A stretch of 49,613 nucleotides of DNA from Eukaryota sp. GEM-RC1 (taxonomy: Eukaryota): contig JAUFOQ010000010.1 of NCBI GenBank assembly GCA_040285855.1, forward strand, positions 2,046,001-2,095,613, read 5' to 3'. Each line of letters starts with the position of its first letter. Position 1 is the first letter of the stretch. A model generated the notes under the pieces. That model had not been told where the DNA came from. It saw only the letters and a program-made list of their open reading frames with translations, and did not search any database. Of this stretch, positions 12,932 through 27,507 are shown piece after piece. The position numbers were made by a program, and so were the translations under genes.

Positions 12932-13632
12932 TTACTGAAAGACATCTCTTAAATCATCTCTCTTGAAGACAATTTACTTGTATACTTTTGAGAGAATTTT
13001 GGCACAAAGTTTGTGCCACAAACTAATAAACTTTTGTATTGGAACGAGTATGTGAACTAAATCTCGAAATGGTATACTTTAGAAAGGTTAATGAAATCGA
13101 TAGGAATTCGGTTTTTACATTAATGGATTCTAATTCTAAGTTGTAAGAAAAGATGAAGATGGTTCAATCCTACTAGTAGTAGTGGAAGGACTGACTATTG
13201 GATCCAACCTACAATTAGTCTATTAACGTGATTTATGAAGCAGTTTATAGAAGATGAACAGGGAGATAACAACAAAATCTAGAACTCAATGTTATTAAAG
13301 CAACATTCATAGTCATTGAAACTCCCACAATCTTGTCCTTCATAGAAAACACTGAGAGCTAAAAGAGAATTCTGAAAGAAAATGGCTGTTACAGTGTTCC
13401 AAATCATCGCTATTTTTTATACTTTGCTATTGTTATCCAAATCCAACGTGATCTTACCAAATGCTCTAATGTTGATCATATTACATACATTTACATTAAA
13501 GCAGGTTAATTCAAAGGCGAATAGGTTCTCCAGAACTGCGAAGTGTTGAGATAAGAAAGGCATTTATGTTACACAATAAATATTTGAAAAAATTGAAGAC
13601 GATTACTATACAAAAACCAAAACAAAAGGATA

Positions 13633-16600
13633 TTAAGTCATTTGCTTAATCCCAAATTTCAGTGCATACTTTTTAAACTCCGAAAATTCCCCATGCAAAT
13701 TTAAATATTTTTCTCTTTCAGTATCCGATTTCTTTTCGGCTTCACGTCGTCTATTTTGCTCATTTTTCAACATTTTATCGGCTTCAAACAGCTGCTGTCT
13801 GTAGTACATAGCCTTTTCCTTTGCCTTTACAACAGATTCTTCAGCTTTTTGTTGAATTTGAGGAGCAGTTTCCTCCCAGCTATGAATACTAGCAACACAT
13901 TGTCGAATTTGACTTTCACGTTTCTCAATCTTAGTGATTAATTGGTCATTGGCTAGCCGCAGTTCATCGTTTTCAGCTTTAACCTTGGCAAAATCACTTT
14001 GTAATGAATAAAACTGACTTCTCAAAGATTGGTCATCAGCCTTTAATGACTTTAAAGAAGAAAGATTCTTTTCTTTGGTAGCAATATCATTTTCTAGTTG
14101 GGACAGTAACTGTTGAGACTCAATTACTTGTTGTTTAAGACTCGAAATTTCCTTAGTTTTTTTGGCCAGTTGACCATTGAGATTAATAATTTCCCTTGAA
14201 AAAACTTCCTTTGAATGTTCTTTTTCAGAAATAACTTCTTTGATATCTTCTTTTAGTGACTGGATTAAATCAAGTTTTTCTTCCAATTGCCGCTCAGTAT
14301 CTAATTGATGGGATGATCTCTTTTGGTTTTCTGATTTAAGATTTTGAACGGATTGACGAAGAATATTTTCCTTATGAAGTAGATCCTCGTGATTTCTTGA
14401 GAGAGTGGCGAACTTCTGCTCAATAGTGGTGAATTTGGACTGCTGGGATTGGTACAAAGACCGAACTTCATCCAATTCTTTTGACAATTTCAAAGTTTCA
14501 GCCTCAAACTCGGAAAGTTTCGATGTCAATCGTAAACACTCCTTAGATTCTTTTGCCAGCTTGTCTTGTAAAGCCTTGTTACTGGTCTTATAGTTATTCA
14601 GTTCCATGGCACCAGTTTCCGATTTAATTCCAAGCTCACTGCAATCATTTAACAGGGAATTGACTTGATCAGAGAGTGAAGAATTAGTGGTATTGAGAGA
14701 TTCAACAGAATTTTGCAATTCAGATATCCTTGTTGACATGTCGGATAGAGTACTCTTATGGGTTTGGATTACAGAAGTTTTCTCAGAAAGTTCAGTTTGC
14801 TGGGATTCAATTTTTGCTTTTAATTCAGAGTTTTCGGTTTTTAAAGCTTCAACTGATGTCGATAACTTCTCAAGTTCCGACGTAAGAGTAGACACTGCAG
14901 TTCTATTTTCCCTATTAATTCTTTCATTACCTGCCAGCTTTTCCAGTTGCTTTTCAGAGATATTTAATTTTCGTTGAAATTCTCTAATTTCACGTTCCAA
15001 AGCGGCTTTCTGTTGGACTAGTGACGACTTATCAGATGACATTTGACGCACTTTCGATTCTAATTTTTCTAAATGTTGACGGTTTCTTGAGGTAGTGACA
15101 TCGTGTTTGATTGAAACCAATTCTTTTGATTTCTGATCCAGTTCAAGTTCTGTCGCTGATAGAGCAGTTTCAACTTCAAATATAACGTCATCCTTCTCTT
15201 TTAGTTGAGACTCGAGAGTTGAAGTCAAGGCGACAAGTTCCTGTAATTTAGAATCGATTTCCTCGTCAGTAGAATTCTTCAAAGCTTGGATTTCACTGGA
15301 CAATTCAGTATTAATTACTTCCTTCTCTTTTAGTTGAGACTCGAGAGTTGAAGTCAAGGCGACAAGTTCCTGTAATTTAGAATCGATTTCCTTATTAGTA
15401 GAATTCTTCAGAGCTTGGATTTCACTGGACAATTCAGTATTAATTACTTCCTTCTCTTTTAGTTGAGACTCGAGAGTTGAATTTAAAGCGACAAGTTCCT
15501 GTAATTTAGAATCGATTTCCTCGTTAGTAGAATTCTTCAAAGCTTGGATTTCACTGGACAATTCAGTATTAATTACTTCCTTCTCTTTTAGTTGAGACTC
15601 GAGAGTTGAATTTAAAGCGACAAGTTCCTGTAATTTAGAATCGATTTCCTCATTAGTAGAATTCTTCAGAGCTTGGATTTCACTGGACAATTCAGTATTA
15701 ATTACTTCCTTCTCTTTTAGTTGAGATTCGAGAGTTGAATTTAAAGCGACAAGTTCCTGTAATTTAGAATCGATTTCCTCATTAGTAGAATTCTTCAGAG
15801 CTTGGATTTCACTGGACAATTCAGTATTAATTACTTCCTTCTCTTTTAGTTGAGATTCGAGAGTTGAATTTAAAGCGACAAGTTCCTGTAATTTAGAATC
15901 GATTTCCTCATTAGTAGAATTCTTCAGAGCTTGGATTTCACTGGACAATTCAGTATTAATTACTTCCTTCTCTTTTAGTTGAGACTCGAGAGTTGAATTT
16001 AAAGCGACAAGTTCCTGTAATTTAGAATCGATTTCCTCGTTAGTAGAATTCTTCAAAGCTTGGATTTCACTGGACAATTCAGTATTAATTACTTCCTTCT
16101 CTTTTAGTTGAGACTCGAGAGTTGAATTTAAAGCGACAAGTTCCTGTAATTTAGAATCGATTTCCTCATTAGTAGAATTCTTCAGAGCTTGGATTTCACT
16201 GGACAATTCAGTATTAATTACTTCCTTCTCTTTTAGTTGAGATTCGAGAGTTGAATTTAAAGCGACAAGTTCCTGTAATTTAGAATCGATTTCCTCATTA
16301 GTAGAATTCTTCAGAGCTTGGATTTCACTGGACAATTCAGTATTAATTACTTCCTTCTCTTTTAGTTGAGATTCGAGAGTTGAATTTAAAGCGACAAGTT
16401 CCTGTAATTTAGAATCGATTTCCTCATTAGTAGAATTCTTCAGAGCTTGGATTTCACTGGACAATTCAGTATTAATTACTTCCTTCTCTTTTAGTTGAGA
16501 CTCGAGAGTTGAAGTCAAGGCGACAAGTTCCTGTAATTTAGAATCGATTTCCTCATTAGTAGAATTCTTCAGAGCTTGGATTTCACTGGACAATTCAGTA

Positions 16601-19600
16601 TTAATTACTTCCTTCTCTTTTAGTTGAGACTCGAGAGTTGAAGTCAAGGCGACAAGTTCCTGTAATTTAGAATCGATTTCCTCATTAGTAGAATTCTTCA
16701 GAGCTTGGATTTTACTGGACAATTCAGTATTAATTACTTCCTTCTCTTTTAGTTGAGATTCGAGAGTTGAATTTAAAGCGACAAGTTCCTGTAATTTAGA
16801 ATCGATTTCCTCATTAGTAGAATTCTTCAGAGCTTGGATTTCACTGGACAATTCAGTATTAATTACTTCCTTCTCTTTTAGTTGAGACTCGAGAGTTGAA
16901 GTCAAGGCGACAAGTTCCTGTAATTTAGAATCGATTTCCTCATTAGTAGAATTCTTCAGAGCTTGGATTTCACTGGACAATTCAGTATTAATTACTTCCT
17001 TCTCTTTTAGTTGAGACTCGAGAGTTGAATTTAAAGCGACAAGTTCCTGTAATTTAGAATCGATTTCCTCGTTAGTAGAATTCTTCAAAGCTTGGATTTC
17101 ACTGGAAAATTCAGTATTAATTACTTCCTTCTCTTTTAGTTGAGACTCGAGAGTTGAATTTAAAGCGACAAGTTCCTGTAATTTAGAATCGATTTCCTCA
17201 TTAGTAGAATTCTTCAAGGCTTGGATTTCACTGGACAATTCAGTATTAATTACTTCCTTCTCTTTTAGTTGAGACTCGAGAGTTGAATTTAAAGCGACAA
17301 GTTCCTGTAATTTAGAATCGATTTCCTCATTAGTAGAATTCTTCAGAGCTTGGATTTCACTGGACAATTCAGTATTAATTACTTCCTTCTCTTTTAGTTG
17401 AGATTCGAGAGTTGAATTTAAAGCGACAAGTTCCTGAAATTTAGAATCGATTTCCTCATTAGTAGAATTCTTCAGAGCTTGGATTTCACTGGACAATTCA
17501 GTATTAATTACTTCCTTCTCTTTTAGTTGAGATTCGAGAGTTGAATTTAAAGCGACAAGTTCCTGAAATTTAGAATCGATTTCCTCATTAGTAGAATTCT
17601 TCAGAGCTTGGATTTCACTGGACAATTCAGTATTAATTACTTCCTTCTCTTTTAGTTGAGATTCGAGAGTTGAATTTAAAGCGACAAGTTCCTGTAATAT
17701 AGAATCGATTTCCTCGTTAGTAGAATTCTTCAAAGCTTGGATTTCACTGGACAATTCAGTATTAATTACTTCCTTCTCTTTTAGTTGAGACTCGAGAGTT
17801 GAAGTCAAGGCGACAAGTTCCTGTAATTTAGAATCGATTTCCTCATTAGTAGAATTCTTCAGAGCTTGGATTTCACTGGACAATTCAGTATTAATTACTT
17901 CCTTCTCTTTTAGTTGAGACTCGAGAGTTGAAGTCAAGGCGACAAGTTCCTGTAATTTAGAATCGATTTCCTCATTAGTAGAATTCTTCAGAGCTTGGAT
18001 TTCACTGGACAATTCAGTATTAATTACTTCCTTCTCTTTTAGTTGAGACTCGAGAGTTGAAGTCAAGGCGACAAGTTCCTGTAATTTAGAATCGATTTCC
18101 TCATTAGTAGAATTCTTCAGAGCTTGGATTTCACTGGACAATTCAGTATTAATTACTTCCTTCTCTTTTAGTTGAGACTCGAGAGTTGAATTTAAAGCGA
18201 CAAGTTCCTGTAATTTAGAATCGATTTCCTCGTTAGTAGAATTCTTCAAAGCTTGGATTTCACTGGACAATTCAGTATTAATTAATTTCTTCTCATTTAA
18301 TTCCTTTTCAACAAGGAATTTATCACTCTCTAGAGTAGATACTTGATCCTTGAACTTTTCCAGTTCCATTGTCAGCTCACTAATTAGTCTGTCCTTTTCA
18401 AGTAATTCACTAGAGCTTTTCATAGTCTTCTTAGAACTAACCACTTCACTATCAATCAGTTTAACACTTCTTTCAGACTTAGGCTTGAAGTCATCAAAAG
18501 CACCAAGAGTAGGACTCAATGGTTCAACAAAAGAAGTAAAATCTAAAGAGTTCTTAGGCTTAGGAACAGGTCTTGTTGGAGATTCAATAGAAATATTAGA
18601 GGTAAGTCCTGGAAACCAAGTTAAACGACGGTTAAACTCCTTCTTTGGTTCTTTTCCTTCAAAAGTACGTTGATTTAACATTAATTGTAAATTCTTTTCT
18701 TTTAACTGTTTAATATCCTTTTCATACTTCTTGAGTAAAGCTCTATCATCTAAAACTTCATTAACTTTAGCCTTATTCTTGACATTCTTTGCTCTAGTAG
18801 CAAACTCTAGAGTTGTTCTACTTACTTCCAAAGTGGTGAAAAGCGGGAGTAATGCAACAAATCATTGCAGTAAGAGAGTTTCCACCCAGGGCATTCATCA
18901 ACACGTGTGTAAGTTTAGAATCTCTGTAATTAATATGAGCATTTGGATTGGACTGTAATTTAGCAATTAAAGTTCCCAAGTAAAGTAAACTTTTGTTAAT
19001 ATTCGAAGCTTCCCTTAGTTGAGTTCCTTTTGCTCCTGTTTGAGAGGCTCTTTCAGATCCAGCTAAATCAACCAAATTCAAGTGGGAAATTCTTACAGCA
19101 CCATCACTATCTTCAGAATTATCCTTGGATTCTAGAATAATTCTAAAAATAGAATGTGAACGTGACGACCTGTCATTCATTCTAGTAACTCCCACGTGTC
19201 TTCGTTGATTACCCTTCTCAAGTTGCTCTAATGCTTCTTCAACTGACATTACAACATATTCTAGAACATTACAGAGAATAACGCTATTGTTCTGAGGATC
19301 AGTACGAAGATATGGGCTATTCTTGGGTTCTAGGAGATCAAAGACATCTTCATTATAGATTTCAATGAAGGAGACACGGCAAAGGAAGCGACGTTCAGGA
19401 GAAGATTCAATGTGATCAAAGATGTGAAGTAAAGCTCGATATACGATGCCAGGATCAGGTTCACTCCCGATCATTGTATGAGTTTTACCTGAGGAAGTCT
19501 GACCATAAGCAAAGATGGTTCCATGAAAACCATTAATAGCATCAAGAACAATGGGAGAGGCAACAGAGTTGTAAAGATGAGAGTTAGAGCTGGATTCATC

Positions 19601-19738
19601 AAAGACATGATCGAACTGATACAAGAGATTAAAGGAATCAGCAGAGATTACAGCACTATTGGTACTCCATACACGATTTTGTTCTGTACCAAACAGAGGT
19701 CGTACTCTTACTGCAACTTTGATGTTGCCAGAACTCAT
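13633..19738 (-). CDS. Kinesin with N-terminal motor and very long coiled coil (kinesin-7/CENP-E-like)
   Basis: IKVAVRVRP, GTIFAYGQTSSGKTHTM, NDRSSRSHSIFRI, LNLVDLAGSER, HINYRDSKLT, ICCITPA. One extra T at ~18840 separates motor and stalk ORFs. Confidence 0.9.
15191..18283 (-). repeat. Coding tandem repeat, about 24 x 129 bp (43 aa)
   Basis: Unit ELSSEIQALKNSTNEEIDSKLQELVAL(N/T)STLESQLKEKEVINT. Identical words at 15361 and 17941 are 20 x 129 bp apart. Confidence 0.97.
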
Positions 19739-20255
19739 TTCTGAGAGAAATTATGGAACAAATCTCAATGTCCATTTTTTCCAATGATCGCTTTCTCTTG
19801 AGTTCATTCTCGTTGTATGAACAATCTATTATTTATCTTGACATCATGTTTCAGTTAGTGTTCATTATGTCCTTTCTTAGAACATTTGTCTCTTCTCAGC
19901 CCAATGGTACGTTGTGAAGCCGATGTATTACAAATTTCACAGTTATAGAACCAAGTGAGTTGACTTCTCGGCTTCTGCAGTTCAGAGGCCTTTTTCAATA
20001 TCTGAGGGTTTTTACATTCTCATGTTCTTTTCAAGACGTTACGAACAAACAACTGTTTTAGAGACATTTTCTCCTTGCTGCTGCTGCTGATGATGATTGT
20101 GTCCCAGATTGACTCCAAGAAATTGAAACGGCTACACAACTCAATTTTTGTTATTTTTGACGACTGAAGCTAATTAGTGATATTGATCCATGGCTATCAA
20201 TAAATTGCTTCCTCAAATTGATTAATCTTACTACAAATCAAAAGCCTGCTTAATT

Positions 20256-21567
20256 TTATTCTATCACAGTATTTTGTTTTTGCAATTGTTCTACGACCCC
20301 TTGCCAAACTAAACCAGTATGATCATCAACAGATTCTAAAATATACCGTCTTTTTGGAACATCAATATGAAATGCATGGGGTCGATTAGCTGCAGGTACC
20401 AGTACACTAAGTTCATTAGCCACATTTGACCAGGGAACTTCACCTCTTAATTCTGTCTTATTCAAGTCAATATAAAACAACCGTGGTTTGTCAGTAAGGA
20501 CCAAACGTCTAATCCTCCACGGCGTTATCCTCGTTCTCTTTTTTATTAAACCGGTAAGAACAACTTCTTCTCCGGGATGCAAGAAACATCGCCATGAAGT
20601 ACTATGAGTTAGGGCTGTTACTCGCTCAATGCTAGATCTTCGAACATGGCGCTCCACGGCATCATCTAAAGACTCGAAATCTGATACTAGATCCTCATCC
20701 ATCCACAGGTAAGAGTAAACCTTTAAGGACGACACAAGTTCCTTACCTGAAGGGAAGAATGTTATCTAGATCTGAGAAAAATCTGTGATTTGTGAGATAT
20801 TGCAGGTTTTTAAATCCTAATCGTTCTTCAGGATGACGTTTCAGAAGAGATCTAACCAAGCATTTGGTATCTTCATCAAATGAAGGGGGAAAGGTATATG
20901 TACAAGTCAAAATTAGCTGAAAAGTAAGGTAATCAGTTTTAGCATTGAAAGGAGATCGTCCAGTAAGCATTTCAAAGATGATGCACCCTAGCGACCATAA
21001 ATCTGTGGCATAGGAAAACTGGCCTCCTTCAAGCATTTCCGGTGGAACATAAAGGGCAGAACCAGCAAAAGACGGTGAAACAGGAGTATCAGAATCGTTT
21101 TGGGAATCTTTCTTGGCGGTACCAAAGTCTGTCAATTTGAGAGTCATGTCATCTGATATCAGGACATTTGCTGGTTTTAGATCCCGATGGATGACCTTCT
21201 TCTCTCTAAGGTGGCAAAGTGCAGAAACTAGTTGAGAAGTATACAGTTTAACAACCGGTAAAGGTAGAGGGCCATTTTGTTTGATCAGCATTTGCAAGTC
21301 ACCAAATGAAGCAAGTTCTAAGACGAAGTAGAGAAACCGTTCATCATGAAAACAGCAATACAGGCGAATAATATTTGGATGTATCAGTGATGTAAGTATG
21401 TTGCGTTCTTGTTGTACATAAGCCACCTTCCCAAGTTTGAAGACATGTGCTTTCGAAACAATCTTCATGGCAAACAACTTACCATCAGATCTCCTTCGAG
21501 CTAACCGACAAAGACTGAAAGAACCTTCTCCAATAACGAGTCCAAGGTCATAATCTTGGAGAGACAT
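20256..21567 (-). CDS. PDK1-like AGC kinase with C-terminal PH domain
   Basis: IGEGSFS, FAMK, HRDLKPAN, DFGTAK, SFAGSALYVPPE, YLTFQLI; PH-like RRLVLTDKPRLFYID...RGEVPW. One extra C at ~20752 splits the ORF. Confidence 0.88.
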
Positions 21568-21959
21568 TCTAGATTGCGTCTCTTGTGATGGTGAAATAAA
21601 TTTGTTTATGAGATACATGTATCACAATGCAGGCGTTTGCATGTTCCTACTACAATGTACTAATACTACATGTAGTCGTAGTCCACAAGACCAATTCTTC
21701 ATCCCCCAAACACAATGGATGAACTTCTGCACTGTTCTTGCCAACATATGATAGACACGTATCCTGTGCTTTAATTTCCCCAATTGCATTCTGACGTAAA
21801 CATCTACTTGACCATTGATTTAGAGCCTGACTAAATTGACAACTTACCACACAGCATTGACCAAAAACACGACAATTTTCGGTGATGTGATACCGTTGTT
21901 CCACTGACGTGATCTCTTTCACACACATAACGTATCATTCCAAAACACTTTCTTACCCT

Positions 21960-22620
21960 CTGGTCTCATACGTATTAGTCTTTACTGCCTACCTCCACTA
22001 TATTCCTTCGAAGAAGAACAAGGAGTTCCTGGATACCCTGCGTTAATCTAATGTAGCTACCTCAAGATCATATATGTCGATCTTTGGCTGAAGTTGTCAG
22101 CAGATTTGTTCTCCGTAAAATACATAGGACTATGAAAGTTGTACAAAAAATGAACTATGAAGATACTGATACTGTATTAGACCAAAAGCTGCTTTTGGCT
22201 TACCCACAAGTTGTAAATATCCACATTGAAGGGGGGAACCAAGCTATCAGAAGACGAGGTAATTGCAGATAAATGGAGAAGAATCTCAGAACATGTTTAT
22301 CCAAGTTCCTCCTGAAGAGATACAAGATGGTGCTGAAATACAAGAACAAAGTAAATTGCAGGAACTGTGGAACGCAATTCAGAATCTTACTCAGTTGCAG
22401 CAAGAAGTGTTGTTGCCTAAACTCGAGAGGGTTTTGCAAGAAGTACAATCAATTCCTTACAATGGAAGAACTTCGTACTCACGTTAAATCAGTAGGAAGG
22501 TTAGCTTCTCAATTCGAAGTCGTCGAAAATGAGAACCTAAACACATGAAAATGTTGTATATGTCAAACTAGGTCACAACAGAAGTCATTATCCTAGAAGA
22601 AACGCAGAGCCTGTCCAAAG
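21960..22620 (+). pseudogene. Possible decayed transposase (MULE-like SWIM / zinc-knuckle remnants)
   Basis: Fragments FEEEQGVP.. and KCCICQ..GHNRSH.P among stops and frameshifts; weak. Confidence 0.25.
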
Positions 22621-23311
22621 TGTAGCTAGAGTAGAAACATAAGATGCAATGTACTGGTAGATAGAAGAAACTATTTTTGATTGAGTATCATATAGCCATC
22701 ACATGATACTGTAGAGAGGAAAAAAGGAATTGCACAACCAATATTTCTCATTCACTATACAGTCAGAAAGGAAGATTTAAACGTTTTGACTACAAGTACA
22801 ACTATTTCGATGCTTCTATACATGCAAAAGAAGAGCACGCAATGATGTTGGAAGATTTGTATGTTCAAAGCGTGGTGACCATGTTAGTCTGAAAATCACA
22901 ATGTAACATGATGTTACTGATTCAGTGTTATTGTTGATAACATAGTTTTAGTTACAAAAATCGGTATAATTAGACAGAAACTACAGTATTTTATCGTTGA
23001 AGACATAGAAACACGAGAAAACGAAAACCCGTGTTTTTGCATAATTTCTCACCCTCTATAATTTCTCAGTCCCAAAGATGAGAAATGTATTGAGGATTGA
23101 CTGTATTGTGTTTTTAGTGTATGTTGTGTGGCAAGTTGTCAATTTAGTCAGTCTCTTGATTTATAACATCTTAGATGTGGGAAGATGTCTTTCAAAATGG
23201 ATTTGCAGAAAGTCGAAATCAAACCATGATGTACAAGATGGAAATGAATGAACACAAAACAATTTTATAGTACAAAACAATAATAATTAAATAATAGCAG
23301 ATATTTCACAG

Positions 23312-26300
23312 TTATCGTGGAACTGGATGATGCCAAGCTACTTGAGGACGTCTAGTTCTTGACGAGGCGTGAGGACTTTGACCAGGTCCTAAGCGAGGAG
23401 ACGATTGAACCCACAATGGAGTAGTTCCAATCGTGGGTGTACGTGCAAGTGTAATATTTTTAGGTGTTAAATCAGTTAATAACTGATCATCTTCTGAGTC
23501 AGACTCTTTAACACTTCCAACAACAGGGGCAGCCGAAACAACACTTTGAGGTCGAACACTTTGAGGTCTAGATTTAGGTGCAAAGTCAGCAGAAGCTGGA
23601 GGTTCAGGGATGTCGTCTTGAGGGTTATCAGGTAGAATAATAGCTTCTACCATTGGATGAACATTAGAAAGAGATAACATTTCTGCGGAAGAATGTGTGT
23701 GTTTTTTGGATCTTGCACAACAACAAGCTACACAAACAAGTATAACAAACAATATACCACCTGATATGAGAACCAAATCCCAAGGAAGTATTGTATCTGA
23801 ATCAGGGTCGGGAATAGGGTCAACAGGATCAGGAATAGGGTCGGGATCAACTGGATCAGGTTTAGGATCAGGGTTGGGGAAGGAAAGAACAGAAAAAGAT
23901 GTAGTTAATACACAGATTAACTCTGATTCACAACACAAAGGAATCATGTGAGGGACAACTGAAACAGTGCAATATCCATCGACAACTACAGTTTTGTTCA
24001 CAGAAAGAGTCAAATTGAGATAAGTATTTTCTTGCAATTGGAAAAAGGAACTAAAAACAGAAACATCCTGAGAACAATTGACAGTAACATTAACAATATG
24101 AGTATTGGAAAAATATATGTCAATAGGTACGTCAAAAACAAAGGAATTGTTAAGATCATGTCGAATAAAATCTGACACATTGGACACAACAACTGTAATG
24201 TTAGGTAGTACAGACGTAATACACGGCATAACGAATTCTTCCTGATGACTATAGTCTTCTGGACATGGATTGTGGTTGCTTGGTGAGACAGAAGAAATAG
24301 AAAAATTACAAGCAACAGTCGAGCCTGGTGCAGAGTTAAGGTCAAAACTTTTCACATGAAAATCATACGGAACAAGATTTCGCACAAAAGAAGAATTAAT
24401 CAGTGGTGAAGAGTCAATGAAATCACCAAATTCATCAATGTCAAGATGGCAAACAATAGAGACTTCGGAATCAGCAGTAATATTACCAATATTGTAGAAA
24501 TTTAAATCAAAAAGAAAATGATCATTGTTCCAAGAAAAGTCAGAAACTTCAGTAGAGTAAATAGTTTTAGGAGTAAAGAACCCACAGTAAGTAGAAAAGA
24601 AAATGATCCAAGTATAGATTTTCCGACCAATGGATTCATACAAAAGGAACGGTGTGGAGAAATTGAAATATTTAAATTATTGGACACGAGGTACGAAGAG
24701 ACAATTGAAACATTGGTAAGAAAATATTCATCTGGTGAGAGTAAACAAGAAAATGTAATAACAGTGTCGTCAAAGTTAAATGCTTGTAAGCAAGTTGAAG
24801 GCGAATTTGAAAAGGAAACATCTGAAAAAGTGGAAGTATTGAACTCTAAGGACAATGATAGGTTGAAAAAAGTAACATCATTCCCTTTGTTGACAATTGC
24901 ATAAGAAAATTCAGACTCAATTCCGATAAAATAATCAAAAGGATCAGAAAAAATACTTTCTGATATTAGATCGTAAGAGTAATTGAACACCCCAAGAGAT
25001 GAATCACCAAAGTCCATGTGATTATACTCAATCAAATAACCGTTATTCCATTTAGGAGACGAAGGCGGTACCAAAAGAGCAGGAGATTCAATAAGATAAG
25101 GACAAGAAACACTGATATTCAATTTCGAATTGAAATGTTTGTAATCATCAGACCAACATTCACAGGAGTCTTCAACATCAATAGAAAATGACAACTGGAT
25201 TTCTGAATTTAATAATAGAGAAGGAACAACAATCTGAATGTCAAGAGTAAAGGGTTCAACATAAATGTGGGAAAACGAGAGAGAATCAGAAGCGGAGGAA
25301 TTCAATGAGTGTATTGTACACCCTGGACACCAATTAAAAGAGTCAAACCAAAGCTTGATAGTTAAATTGACAGGAACTTGTTCAATCAACCCTGAAACAT
25401 TGACAAACATGGAGAAATCGGCCAATAATTTGCCAGACAATTCATCATTAAATTCAGAGGAAGGCCATTGTAGTGGTACATCCCATTGAAAGTCTGAAAT
25501 TATTACATTAGTTTCATTAATTCGAGGTTCATTTTGGACAAAGTTACACAATAAAACAGAATTATCTAAAGTTAATAAATTTGGTCCAAATCTCAAGCAG
25601 TGTTGAAGATTAACTGAATTGAAATCAAAGTGAAAATAAGCGGTCTTATCCGTATCATTCCAAAGCATAAGAGACTGAAACCCAAAATTTAAAATACAGG
25701 AGATATTCTCACTGGGAGACGAGGTTGATAGCAGAAGTACTTCCAGTAACATAGTGTCAGACGGTTCTACTGTCGTGGATGTTTGATTCTGGATAAGTAG
25801 TTTTGTTGATGAGCATTGTACATTAGAAAAGATATTACCTGATAAAGACCCAATATTTGTGACATTTAGAACAAGAATTAAGCTAGATTGGTTAATATTA
25901 GACAATTGCACAAAGTTATAATTCAAACTGGGTTGTAGAAACTCCAACTCATCAAGTGAAACATTGAAAGTGACATTAAGTGGGGTCAAATTGATAGGTC
26001 TTAGAGTGAGATTATATCCTAGGTCATCCGAACCAGTTAGACTGATTAGAGGCTCACCATTAATACTACCACCGAAGGTTTCATTGAAGTTTGGGATCCA
26101 AGATGAAAAGGAATTCATGGAATTTTCCAAAAAAACATCGAGAAGACTCTGGACTGAGCAAGAACTTGGGTTGAACAATGGAGATGGAAGATCAAAATCA
26201 GTAGAAGAGCAATCTCTTCTAGGGAAAAGCAGACTAGAAGACACTGAAGAATTTCTGGAGTCGGAAAACAAAATACTTTGGTCAAAAATTGATCTATTCA

Positions 26301-27433
26301 AGAAATTCTGATGGGGAACATCAAGTACAAAAACATCATAAAAATGATCAGCAAATGAAAAGGAAACAGTGGATGAACAATCATATTCATCAGTAGCCTC
26401 AACACAATCACATTCAAAATTCATAGAGCTGTGAAGCCATGAAAAAGTTGGGAGTGTTTCAATTTCGAGAAGTATACGTCGTGGACTGCTGGCACTGGCA
26501 ATGACTACTTCGGAATGTAGAATATTCCAAATAGAAAACGATTCGCAAATAGGCGATGTAGACCCATCGCAATAATCGGCAAAGTCAAAAAGATCAAAGG
26601 CCAGATTTTCAAGATTTTCAAGTGAGAGAATGTGTGATATTGACAAAGGGTCCAGAGATTCACCCGTGACGATATTTGATGGGCCCTGCCTAGCGACGAT
26701 GGGTCGAAAAGAACCTATCTTACGAATGGGAAACACCACAGCTTCATCAAATTGCAGTGATATTGGACGTAGATAGTACCATGCTTCATTAAGAAACACC
26801 GTTGAGACTGAAATTACATGATGACAATGTTGACAATGAATTTGATACACAATTGATATCAAATCTCCTGAAAGTTCAGCACCAATAAATCTAGGAGTAA
26901 TAATTGTATGTTCGACTCCTGTTTGCAGCAAACCATTGAGTATCAGATTTTCTTGATCATCAAAGGTATGGAAAACGAACCAGGAATGACTGGGAGAGTA
27001 TGGTTCACCATCCGATTGACAAGAATGAAATCCAGCAGCAATAATGAGGGAGTATTTGCGATTGCGTTGGAGGGAAGCAACAATAGTAACAGTGTCATGA
27101 GAAAACCAGGTTAGTTCAGCTTCAAAAGAAAGTTGTGTGTGGTGGTCGTAAAGTTCCTAGAGTTATCAAAAGAGAGGGAGAACAAACAAAAAGATTGTGA
27201 CTGGATGCAAAATGAGTCAGGTTGGAAACTGCTGATAGGACATGAGTGTTCCAACACAGATCGGTAAAACCTTGGAAAGTTACATTGATATTGACTGAAT
27301 CATCTGGTACATAATGACCAAGAATGGGTCCAGACACTAAAACAGAATGACATTCATTGGAAGTGGTGGAACAAAGGAGCAAACAACAGCACATAAAGAC
27401 CCAAATCCATAATGATGGATGACTATTCACCAT
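23312..27433 (-). CDS. Large type-I membrane surface glycoprotein A (~1350 aa, split ORFs)
   Basis: Signal peptide (27433), beta-rich Cys-spaced modules with many N-x-S/T, Pro-Asp stalk PDPKPDPVDPDPIPDP, TM LVLISGGILFVILVCVACCCA, low-complexity cytoplasmic tail. Confidence 0.75.
23925..26097 (-). repeat. 2.17-kb inverted repeat, copy 1 (partner 41284-43454)
   Basis: Encodes IPNFNETFGG...MIPLCCES, near-identical to the reverse complement of 41284-43454. Confidence 0.97.
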
Positions 27434-27483
27434 AAGGGGAATAACAGAGATTTAGACAGTGAAGATGGTGATTTGATATTCAC

Positions 27484-27507
27484 CTACTACTACTATAGTA
27501 GTAGTAG
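27484..27507. promoter_or_regulatory. Perfect 24-bp palindrome in the divergent promoter
   Basis: (CTA)4(TAG)4 between ATG 27433(-) and ATG 27545(+). The regulatory role is inferred only from position. Confidence 0.4.

Noticed and set aside
13040..13560. Possible LRR pseudogene fragments (also 7950-8500)
   Set aside because: Only isolated hints (ITLDLDNNS, FGIEGA) amid stops; too weak to call without a profile search.
15191..18283. CRISPR-like array
   Set aside because: There are no unique spacers; it is a head-to-tail in-frame coding repeat in a eukaryotic gene.
20721..20746. 26-nt GTAAGG...TAAAG intron joining the kinase and PH domain
   Set aside because: Splicing it gives the wrong frame and an early stop; removing one C restores the ORF.
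21650..21928. Cys-rich 92-aa ORF upstream of the kinase
   Set aside because: No recognisable family; it lies at the edge of transposon debris.
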